Source of the DNA: an uncultured Candidatus Peribacteria bacterium
GTDB lineage: Bacteria > Patescibacteriota > Gracilibacteria > UBA1369 > UBA12463
Direction: 5' to 3'
Assembly (NCBI GenBank): GCA_964356305.1
Contig: CAYHGS010000001.1
Coordinates: forward strand, 16,130-80,129
Length of the DNA stretch: 64,000 nucleotides
The notes beneath the pieces were generated by a model. It did not search any database. It was given only the letters and a program-made list of their open reading frames with translations, and was not told where the DNA came from. This document shows, piece by piece, positions 44,427 to 52,605 of this stretch (its first letter is position 1; every line of letters begins with the position of its first letter). The position numbers and the translations under genes are program-made.

Positions 44427-45098
44427 ATGAGTTACTCCATCCTTCATGTCATTCGAAGAGCGTGGTCTTTCGGAATAAATTTACTATTTCCGCAGAAGTG
44501 CGCGGGATGCGGGATGATAGTCGGATCATTGTGTGAGAAATGTAGAGATGAGTTAGAAGAATTATTTTCATGCAGAGAGATAGTGGTTGACGAATTTCAT
44601 GTGTTTATTTCGTCTGGTCATGGAAATATTTTGAAAAAAGTTTTGCATCGGTTTAAGTATATTTCGGATACATATTTAGCAGAAGCATTGAGCGAATTAT
44701 TAATTAAGAGGTTACATTTGCTTAGGCTCAATTCTGATTGTGATGAAATTATTATTGTGCCCATTCCTTTACATGCGCGAAGAGAAAGAGAGCGCGGGTT
44801 TAATCAAAGTGAAATTTTGGCCGAATTAATGGTGAAAATTTTAAGAGGACGGGTGATGAATTTACTCGAGAGGAAGAGGGAAACCGAACCACAGGCAAGG
44901 TTATCGCGGAACGAGAGAATAATGAACGTGAAGGGAGCGTTTCGAATCCGGGAAAAATTTTCCGATAAAATTCCTGAATCGGTTTTTGTGCTCGATGATG
45001 TCATCACTACGGGCTCAACGTTCGTGGAATGTGCGAGAGTTCTGAAAGCTGCGGGAGTGAAGCAGGTGTATGGTATTATGCTGGCGCATGGGTTATAG
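44427..45098 (+). CDS. comF: ComF family protein (phosphoribosyltransferase domain)
   Basis: N-terminal zinc-finger CxxC pairs (CAGCG...CEKC) and a C-terminal PRTase motif VFVLDDVITTGST. Confidence 0.8.
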   Translation: MSYSILHVIRRAWSFGINLLFPQKCAGCGMIVGSLCEKCRDELEELFSCREIVVDEFHVFISSGHGNILKKVLHRFKYISDTYLAEALSELLIKRLHLLRLNSDCDEIIIVPIPLHARRERERGFNQSEILAELMVKILRGRVMNLLERKRETEPQARLSRNERIMNVKGAFRIREKFSDKIPESVFVLDDVITTGSTFVECARVLKAAGVKQVYGIMLAHGL

Positions 45099-45125
45099 TT
45101 TTTATCGATTTTTTACTTCTTTGGT

Positions 45126-46250
45126 ATGGTACTTGGCATAGATGCATCGCGGTGTGGAGCGAGTAATGGCACGGGAGTTGAGGCCTATTCTACGGCTATC
45201 GTGCGGGCGATTTTGAAAGAGTTATCCGTGAGTACACATCCGAAATTCGATCAGGTGGTTTTGTATACGCCGCATCATCTGCCGAACGAGATACTTGGTG
45301 GACGGTATTCGTTTGTACGAGAACGCGTCATCCCCTTTCCGCGACTATGGACCCAGGTGAGACTTTCGGCCGAGATGGTTCATGAAGAGCCTGACGTTTT
45401 ATTTATTCCATCCCATGTCTTGCCGCTTATACATGCCGATAAAAGTGTGGTGACTATCCATGATACGGCATTTGTACATTTCCCAAAATCATATTCGTTT
45501 TTTCAAAGGAAGTATTTAACGTTTACGACGTGGTTGACGGTGCGGGAGGCGAAGAAAATTGTTGTACCGAGCGAGGCGACCAAGCGCGATCTCATGGAGA
45601 CTTTTACCTGTCCCGAGAATAAAATTTCAGTCGTATTGCATGGATTTGAAGGTAGTCCTCATGTTGAGAGCAAAAAGGATATGGAATTACTCCAAGAGTT
45701 TGGGTTAGATATGGATTCAAAATATATTTTCTATATAGGCAGATTAGAGGAGAAGAAAAATTTAGTGAGGCTCGTGAGAGCTTTTATGAAGTTCAAAAAA
45801 AAGTTTCCTGAGTGGCGATTAGTTCTGGCAGGAAATAGAGGTTTTGGATTTGAAAAACTTTTTCAGGAGGTTGAGAAAAATGATCTTTGGGATAGCGTGA
45901 TGATGCCGGGATACATAACGGACGAGGAACGAAGTGTACTTTATCGGCACTGTCAGTTTGTGGCTTTCGTATCCCTTGCGGAAGGTTTTGGTTTTCCGGT
46001 GTTGGAGGCGGCGAGTTTCGGAAAGAGTGTGTTAGCTAGCGATATTGCGGCGCTGCGTGAGGTTGGCGGAAGTGCGTTAACATACTGCAATCCCCTCGAT
46101 GAAAATAAAATTTTTGAGGGATTAGTCGCGATGGCACATCGTGATAATTCCAGTGGAGATTCGGAAAATATATTAGGAAAATTGGTGAAAAAATATTCTT
46201 GGGAAAAGGCGGGAAAAGAAACGCTGCGTGTTTTGGAGAGCGTGATATAA
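45126..46250 (+). CDS. glycosyltransferase family 4 (GT-B)
   Basis: C-terminal EGFGFPVLEAASFGKSVLASD motif and GT4-type length. Confidence 0.85.
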   Translation: MVLGIDASRCGASNGTGVEAYSTAIVRAILKELSVSTHPKFDQVVLYTPHHLPNEILGGRYSFVRERVIPFPRLWTQVRLSAEMVHEEPDVLFIPSHVLPLIHADKSVVTIHDTAFVHFPKSYSFFQRKYLTFTTWLTVREAKKIVVPSEATKRDLMETFTCPENKISVVLHGFEGSPHVESKKDMELLQEFGLDMDSKYIFYIGRLEEKKNLVRLVRAFMKFKKKFPEWRLVLAGNRGFGFEKLFQEVEKNDLWDSVMMPGYITDEERSVLYRHCQFVAFVSLAEGFGFPVLEAASFGKSVLASDIAALREVGGSALTYCNPLDENKIFEGLVAMAHRDNSSGDSENILGKLVKKYSWEKAGKETLRVLESVI

Positions 46251-46251
46251 T
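46243..46251 (+). promoter_or_regulatory. extended -10 element TGATATAAT, 6 nt from the polX ATG (leaderless-type)
   Basis: TGATATAAT at 46243-46251 overlaps the upstream stop codon. AGCGGC follows, then ATG at 46258. Confidence 0.5.
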
Positions 46252-46257
46252 AGCGGC

Positions 46258-48015
46258 ATGGATAATCAGCGCATCGCCGAAATTTTTGGAGAGATTGCCG
46301 ACATGATGGATATCAAAGGTGAGGATTTTTTTCGTGTGAATGCCTATAGGCATGCCGCGCGAGTTATTAGTAATACCCCCTATGATATTGCGGATGCGTA
46401 TACGAAACAAAAAAAGATCGGCAAGATTCCGGGAGTTGGAAAAGCGCTAGAGGAGAAAATTATTGAGATGATTAACACGGGAAAGTGCACCTTTCATGAT
46501 GAGCTCATTAAGGGCTTCCCGAAGGGGCTACTAGATATGCTTCGCGTGCGAGGTATCGGCCCAAAGAAGGTAAAATTATTTTTTAGTGAGTTGCAAATTC
46601 ATACTTTGGCACAGTTAAAAAAAGCTGCCGAAGATGGCCTCCTGCAAAAATTACCAAAAATGGGAAAGAAGAGTGAGGCTGACATCCTCAGGGCTATTCA
46701 GGATTACGAAGCAATGCCGCACGAGAGAAAGTTGCTTCATGAAGGGCTATTGGAGGCGCAAAAGATTATTAATTATTTGCGTAAGGCACCGGGCGTAGTA
46801 CGTATTCAGTATGCCGGCAGTTTACGGCGCGGCGTTGAGACGATTGGCGATATCGATATTTTATCTTCCGTGAAAAATGCAGAAAAAAATGCGAAGTTAA
46901 TTAGTGATATAATGGGACATTATGCAAAATATCCCGAGGTGGCTCAGATCATCAATCAGGGAGAAACAAAATCATCGGTGCTGCTCAAGTCCGGTCTACA
47001 GGTGGATTTGCGAGTTGTGGATGATTCTATTTTTGGCGCAGCCCTCCATTATTTTACCGGATCAAAAACACATAATATTCACATTCGCGAACGAGCGAAA
47101 AAGATGGGACTCAAGGTGAGTGAGTATGGCGTTTTCAAAATTAGCGGCAAAAAAGAAGTTCTCGTAGCAGGAAAGACCGAGGAGGAACTTTTTGCCAAAC
47201 TCGGACTCCCCTATATCATCCCGGAAATGCGCGAGGATCAGGGTGAAATTGAGTATGGATTGAAGCATAAAAAAATGCCAATCGCGATTGAGTTTGATGA
47301 TTTGAAAGCCGATTTGCATACGCACTCAAAATGGAGTGACGGGTCGGAGGATATTGATGTCTTAGCGGCACAGTACAAGAAGGCAGGATTTGAGTATATG
47401 GCGCTTACAGATCACTCAAAAGCCGTGGGCGTTGCAGGAGGAATGGATGAGAGTAAAGTGATGAAGCAGTGGAAAGAAATCGATAAAGTTACTAAAAGTT
47501 TTGGTGGAAAATTTCGCATACTGAAGGGCAGCGAGGTCGATATCCTGAAAGATGGCTCTCTGGATTTTAGCGATACGGTTTTGAAAAAATTAGAAGTCAT
47601 AAATGCCTCTGCGCACCTCCATCATCAGCTCGATGAAAAAGCTCAAACGAAACGATTATTGCGCGCAATTGAGTCCGGCTATGTGAAAATTTTATCTCAC
47701 CCTACAGGAAGACTCATCAATCAACGTAAACCTATTTCTTTCGACGTAGAGGCTGTATTCAAGGCGTGTGCTGATCACCGCGTTGCGTTGGAAATCAATT
47801 CTTCTCCGGATCGCATGGATCTCAAGGATACCCATGTCCGCATGGCAAAAGAACTGGGTTGTAAATTCGCTATCAACTCGGATAGTCATCATTCTTCGCA
47901 AATGGGGTTTCTGCAATATGGCATCACGATTGCACGGCGCGCATGGCTTACGAAAGATGATGTCATTAATACGATGACGTTGAAGGAATTATTGCAGTAT
48001 TGGAAAATTGCATAA
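46258..48015 (+). CDS. polX: family X DNA polymerase with a C-terminal PHP domain
   Basis: N-terminal IAEIFGEIADMMDIKGEDFFRVNAYRHAAR (8-kDa/HhH domain), GSLRRGVETIGDIDIL catalytic aspartates, and PHP motifs DLHTHSKWSDG... Confidence 0.9.
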   Translation: MDNQRIAEIFGEIADMMDIKGEDFFRVNAYRHAARVISNTPYDIADAYTKQKKIGKIPGVGKALEEKIIEMINTGKCTFHDELIKGFPKGLLDMLRVRGIGPKKVKLFFSELQIHTLAQLKKAAEDGLLQKLPKMGKKSEADILRAIQDYEAMPHERKLLHEGLLEAQKIINYLRKAPGVVRIQYAGSLRRGVETIGDIDILSSVKNAEKNAKLISDIMGHYAKYPEVAQIINQGETKSSVLLKSGLQVDLRVVDDSIFGAALHYFTGSKTHNIHIRERAKKMGLKVSEYGVFKISGKKEVLVAGKTEEELFAKLGLPYIIPEMREDQGEIEYGLKHKKMPIAIEFDDLKADLHTHSKWSDGSEDIDVLAAQYKKAGFEYMALTDHSKAVGVAGGMDESKVMKQWKEIDKVTKSFGGKFRILKGSEVDILKDGSLDFSDTVLKKLEVINASAHLHHQLDEKAQTKRLLRAIESGYVKILSHPTGRLINQRKPISFDVEAVFKACADHRVALEINSSPDRMDLKDTHVRMAKELGCKFAINSDSHHSSQMGFLQYGITIARRAWLTKDDVINTMTLKELLQYWKIA

Positions 48016-48026
48016 AGACGGCACAA

Positions 48027-49319
48027 CTATGCCATCCTACGGGTCTCGGCATTTTGGAAAAATGTTCTCGCCTCAGCGGCTCTATTTACTGAGACGACAG
48101 CGCGATTTTTTGGTACCTCCATCGTAAAGCAGAATACCTTGGTCAGCTCCGCGATTGAGCCTCCTTCTGCGTCTTTTGCCCGAAGTCTCGTTCCTCGAGG
48201 ACCCTTTACGTTCTCTATCATTCTTGCGATATTTTTTTCGGGATCTTTTCGCTCTGCTACTGACATACCGCTCCCCACTCCCGGCCGGCGTAACTGAAAA
48301 ATTCCAATACTTGCTCCACCGTCACCAGTCGCCCAAGGGTGTAATTTTGATTCATACCATGCGTTGATTATTGCCGCGGATGCTAATTCTTTCGAAAGCC
48401 CTGCTTCTGTAAATCGAAGCATGATTAGGTTTGCTATTGCAATCTGTCTCACATCGAGCTTTCTTGATGGAAGAATTTCTGCAACCACTGATTTATTTTC
48501 ACTTGGTGCGGCTCTTGGTTCCTCCGTCTTTCCCTGAACTGGCTCCTGTGCTGCAACTTGAGGTTTTTCATCCTTATCTTTTGGGGATGAAAGAGGCATA
48601 ACTCCCGATTCTGCTGATTTCGCAGGCTGAGCTGACTTTGCTTTTTCAAATTCTTCTGCGGTCAGCATCTTGCCTACGCTCCAAGTATCGCCATCAAAAA
48701 TTCGTAAGTATCCATCGTCATTGTAAAAATCTCCATCCTCACGCTTCGTACTTTTTCGTTCGAAAAGAATAATTCTTGGTGGAGTTTCCTGATAAGCAGC
48801 TAGCGCCTCCTCTGCCTTTTGATTATTTTTAAGAAGTTCCTGATTTCCACCCTTGGAAAGATTTTTTGGATGAATGTAGAGTGTGATTTCCGATACATTC
48901 TCGTCAACCAAATCCTTGAGACCTTTCTGCCACTCAATGCCGCTATTATTATGTGCCGTAAATGTTTCCTTCTTATCTTTTTGAATTTTTTTAAATAACA
49001 TTTTTGTCATTCCCGGCTCTTTTGCTTCGGCTGCGGCTAATTCATCAATCGTAAGTGACACGAGGGCTCTTGGCTCTAAATCCTTACCGAAAGCATTCTT
49101 GTATCTACCCTTTTCCTCGTCATTGAAATCATATATATCCCCCCTGAGCTCTTCTCGTTTTGCGGCAGCGGCGACTTCAGTTTGGTCTGCGGCGAGAGCT
49201 CCTCTTTCTGTCTTTGCTTCACCTTTAACCTCACCTACTGCAGCAGCTTGAGGTGGAGTCTGTTCGACTCCTACTGGCGGTGCGTCTTTTTTTGGTGAAG
49301 TTACTTCTGGTGGTGACAT
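48027..49319 (-). CDS. hypothetical protein with a C-terminal lysozyme/transglycosylase-like domain (phage-tail-lysozyme-like)
   Basis: The C-terminal ...AAIINAWYESKLHPWATGDGGASIGIFQLRRPG... resembles the ES...G.G(I/L)FQ(W/L) core of phage-tail-type lysozymes. The N terminus is P/A/E-rich, with no signal peptide. Confidence 0.45.
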   Translation of the reverse strand: MSPPEVTSPKKDAPPVGVEQTPPQAAAVGEVKGEAKTERGALAADQTEVAAAAKREELRGDIYDFNDEEKGRYKNAFGKDLEPRALVSLTIDELAAAEAKEPGMTKMLFKKIQKDKKETFTAHNNSGIEWQKGLKDLVDENVSEITLYIHPKNLSKGGNQELLKNNQKAEEALAAYQETPPRIILFERKSTKREDGDFYNDDGYLRIFDGDTWSVGKMLTAEEFEKAKSAQPAKSAESGVMPLSSPKDKDEKPQVAAQEPVQGKTEEPRAAPSENKSVVAEILPSRKLDVRQIAIANLIMLRFTEAGLSKELASAAIINAWYESKLHPWATGDGGASIGIFQLRRPGVGSGMSVAERKDPEKNIARMIENVKGPRGTRLRAKDAEGGSIAELTKVFCFTMEVPKNRAVVSVNRAAEARTFFQNAETRRMA

Positions 49320-49420
49320 ATTTTTTATAATTATTTCTTTTCATTATAGCACAGATTTCAGCTTTAGTCTATCTATTGGCTTCTTGTGTTTCTATGAAAG
49401 TTCTGCCTATACTTGCCTCA

Positions 49421-50511
49421 TGAAAATAGCTTTGGTTCATGATTTTTTGCTTCGATATGGGGGTGCCGAGCGGGTGCTGAAGGTTTTTAGTGAAATGTAT
49501 CCCGATGCCCCGATATATACGCTGATGTATAACGAAAATGTCATGAGTTCGCACTTTCCGAAGGAGAGAATCATCACTTCTTCCATGCAAAAATGGGCGC
49601 GGTGGCCGGGAAGACTGTATCGTTTTTTCTTTGCGAAGATGCCGAGAGCGATCGAGGAGTTTGATTTTTCCGGGTTTGATATTGTCCTGAGTTCGAGCCA
49701 GTCGTATGCCCATGGTGTCCTGACTCCCGTTACAACGAAACACATTTCCTACTGCCACTCACCTACTCGATATTTATGGGATTATACGCATCAGTATATG
49801 GAGGATAATGCGTACCGAGGACTGAAAGGATTATATATTTTGAAAAAAATGCAGTATGTGCGCGAGTGGGATTTTTTGGCTAGTGATAGGCCAGACTACT
49901 ACTTGGCGAATTCTGTTAATATACAAAAACGTATTCGAAAATATTACGGGAAAGAAAGCGATGTTATTTATCCACCAGTTGATGTCGATAGATTCGAGGT
50001 GAGTCACGAGAGCGAAGATTATTTCCTCATTGTCTCACAATTAAGCCCCTATAAACGTGTAGATTTGGCCGTACAATTATTTAATAAATTAGAAAAAAGA
50101 TTAGTTATTATTGGCTCTGGTCCACAGGAGGCATATTTGAGAGGCATTGCGGGACCTTCGGTAGAGATTCTTGGGTCGAAGAGCGATGCGGAGGTTGCGA
50201 CCTATATGAAGTACTGTCGAGCGGTGATTTTTCCAGGCGAGGATGACTTTGGAATTGTACCTGTTGAGGCTATGGCATGTGGAAAACCGGTGTTGGCTTA
50301 TGGAAGCGGTGGGGCGGTGGAAACTGTTGTGTCCGGAGTTACCGGGGAGCTGTTTCGTGAGGCGACCGTTGACGGACTTGAGGCTGGATTGGCAAGATTA
50401 TTGCTGAATATGACCGTGTATCGACCAAAGAGAATACGAGAACATGCGGAGAAGTTTAGTAGAAAAGTTTTTGAAAAGAAAGTGAGAGAGGTGGTGAGGG
50501 GAAGTTATTAG
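49421..50511 (+). CDS. glycosyltransferase family 4 (GT-B)
   Basis: MKIALVHDFLLRYGGAERV N terminus and EDDFGIVPVEAMACGKPVLAYGSGG motif. Start taken at MKIALV. Confidence 0.85.
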
Positions 50512-50666
50512 AGAAGTATTGTTCTGCTATATTTTATCAAATTTGCGAGTAATTTTTTTCGTTATTTTTGGCGTATATAAGCCATTTCAGAAATTTGTTA
50601 TCTCAATGTCAGAGGTTTGTTAGAAGTGCTTGCTATGCTTGTCTTGTCAGATTTGGTATGGCAAGT

Positions 50667-50737
50667 GGGGACGTTCATGGTGAAATTCCGCAATTGCCAT
50701 TTCGGATAGGCGGGTTCGATTCCCGTCGTCTCCACCA
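50667..50737 (+). ncRNA. tmRNA-like tRNA-like domain RNA (alanine-type acceptor, T arm, CCA; no anticodon arm, no tag ORF)
   Basis: GGGGACG pairs with CGTCTCC (G3:U70), followed by A73 and CCA. T arm GCGGG-TTCGATT-CCCGT. The interior is a 14-nt GG-containing linker plus the hairpin CCGCAAT-TGCC-ATTTCGG. A strong terminator follows. Confidence 0.6.
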
Positions 50738-50751
50738 GTCTGACAACGAAC

Positions 50752-50785
50752 AAAAAGAGCAGTCCAGGTTGGACTGCTCTTTTTG
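50752..50785 (+). terminator. strong intrinsic terminator after the tRNA-like RNA
   Basis: AGAGCAGTCCA (50756-66), loop GGT, TGGACTGCTCT (50770-80): a perfect 11-bp stem flanked by AAAA and TTTT. Confidence 0.75.
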
Positions 50786-50934
50786 GGAATCCGAAATTGC
50801 CATTTCGAAAGATATTGTAGCAGAAATTTAACTTTACCTCAAGGTCTCAACGTCTTTTTGCCAAATTCCAGCTTTAAATAATTATAAATTTTACATATTC
50901 GTTCTCGCAAATTTTTATGCTAGCATGGTGGCCT

Positions 50935-52512
50935 ATGAGTGAAATCTCCCTTTATCGAAAGTATCGTCCGCAGACCTTTGGCCATTTGGTCGGTCAGGAT
51001 CATGTTCGCATTACCCTGATGAATGCGGTGCGAACGGATAAGCTGGCGCATGCGTATTTGTTTACCGGACCGCGTGGGACGGGGAAAACTTCGACGGCGA
51101 GGTTGTTTGCGAAGGCGATTAATTGTGAAGATATCAGCGAGGCCGGAGAACCATGCGAGAAGTGTGATATTTGTATCGACATTACTTCAGGAAGATTGAT
51201 TGATGTTATTGAAATTGATGCCGCGTCCCATACGGGCGTTGATGATGTGCGCGAGCTGATTGATAAATTGCACTTTGCGCCGACGCGTGCACGGAATAAG
51301 GTCTATATCGTAGATGAAGTCCATATGCTCTCTAAGGGCGCTTTTAATGCGTTCCTGAAGACTTTGGAGGAGCCACCGGCGAATGTATATTTTATTTTGG
51401 CGACAACGGAGGCGCACAAAGTTCCGGAGACAATTATTTCTCGATGTCAGCGATTTGATTTTAAGAGGATTGACGTAAAGACAGTGATGGCACGATTGGC
51501 TTATATCGCCCAGAGTGAAAATATTGTCGCCGAAGAAGAAGCTCTCGAGATGATTGCACACCATGTAGATGGCGGTTTACGCGATGCTATTGGTTTATTT
51601 GAACAACTTATTGTTGATGGAAAATTAGCAGCTGCGCATGTACGAACGATTCTCGGCGTGGCGGGAAGTAGTGCTGTTGAAAAGTTTTATAGCTTATTAA
51701 TGAGTAAAGATTCTGTTGAGACGCTGCGGTTTATTCAGGAATTATATGGAGAAGGTGTCGATTTTGGACAGTTTACGAAAGAGCTATTAGAAAAAATGAG
51801 ATTGGAAATGCTGAGGGCTATTGATACGAAAAAGGTTGATGAGGCGAAAGAGTGCGTACGTATGATTGAGTGCTTCCAGAAGGCATTTGATCAGTTGAGA
51901 AATTCGTTGATTGTGCAGTTACCACTCGAGATGGCGGTGGTGAGATTTTTACATGGAGAGATTGCTGTGGCTCCGGTTGTGATGGCTGTTGCGCCTGTGA
52001 TTCAAGCAGTTGCACCTCCTCAATATACCATGCCTAGTATTTCCACTCCTACTGTTGAACAAAAAATTAGTTCATATAAGATGCCAACTGCAGCGCCCGT
52101 TTCTACTGATGCAGCTCCTGAAAAAGTGATGTCGGGAAAAACTATTACCCAGGATGAGCTTACAAAAAACTGGCCACGGGTTATCGAGAGAATCAAGACG
52201 CCAAAACTACGGATTTCATTGAAAGATGTAAAACATTTCAACGTGGAAGGATATGTCATTACTCTATCGTTTTCTGCCAAATTTCATCAGGACACGGTGA
52301 TGGATAGTGCTATTCGCAGCGAGTTAGAGAAATTGATCGAAGAGGTTTTTGGCACGTCGGTTCGAGTTGAATCACGTATCGAACGAATCGAACTTCATAC
52401 GTCTATCGAGCGCCACGAAGAAACCGTAAGTCGCAGTCAGGCTGTCAGTAGCGATACTACCGATTTTGCCGATGACGTTGCGGCGATGTTTGGAGGAGAG
52501 GTGGTGGAATAA
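50935..52512 (+). CDS. dnaX: DNA polymerase III subunit gamma/tau
   Basis: LYRKYRPQTF, Walker A GPRGTGKTS, the zinc module CEKCDIC, and the DEVHML box. TGCTAGCAT lies 8 nt upstream of ATG 50935. Confidence 0.9.
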   Translation: MSEISLYRKYRPQTFGHLVGQDHVRITLMNAVRTDKLAHAYLFTGPRGTGKTSTARLFAKAINCEDISEAGEPCEKCDICIDITSGRLIDVIEIDAASHTGVDDVRELIDKLHFAPTRARNKVYIVDEVHMLSKGAFNAFLKTLEEPPANVYFILATTEAHKVPETIISRCQRFDFKRIDVKTVMARLAYIAQSENIVAEEEALEMIAHHVDGGLRDAIGLFEQLIVDGKLAAAHVRTILGVAGSSAVEKFYSLLMSKDSVETLRFIQELYGEGVDFGQFTKELLEKMRLEMLRAIDTKKVDEAKECVRMIECFQKAFDQLRNSLIVQLPLEMAVVRFLHGEIAVAPVVMAVAPVIQAVAPPQYTMPSISTPTVEQKISSYKMPTAAPVSTDAAPEKVMSGKTITQDELTKNWPRVIERIKTPKLRISLKDVKHFNVEGYVITLSFSAKFHQDTVMDSAIRSELEKLIEEVFGTSVRVESRIERIELHTSIERHEETVSRSQAVSSDTTDFADDVAAMFGGEVVE

Positions 52513-52605
52513 GTACGTCGGAGCTGTTGAGGTAAATTATATCATTTGAAAATGAAAGTTTTGGTGACCGTTATTCGATCATATGTCGTGTTGATCTCCA
52601 GGTGT

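Noticed and set aside
50667-50737. Calling the 71-nt element an ordinary tRNA-Ala gene
   Set aside because: The acceptor stem and T arm are canonical. The 36 nt between them cannot form D and anticodon arms: there is no 5-bp stem with a 7-nt loop in any register and no TGC/GGC/CGC anticodon context. It is therefore reported as tRNA-like rather than as a tRNA.
50568-50831. 87-aa ORF spanning the tRNA-like RNA and its terminator
   Set aside because: It runs straight through an RNA structure and a terminator hairpin, has a non-ATG start, and has no protein-like features.
51780-51835. Programmed -1 frameshift site in dnaX (A-runs GAAAAAATGA at about 51786 and CGAAAAAGG at about 51824)
   Set aside because: Neither run is the A-AAA-AAG heptamer, and neither is followed by an obvious stem-loop or preceded by an SD-like element. 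There is not enough evidence from sequence alone.
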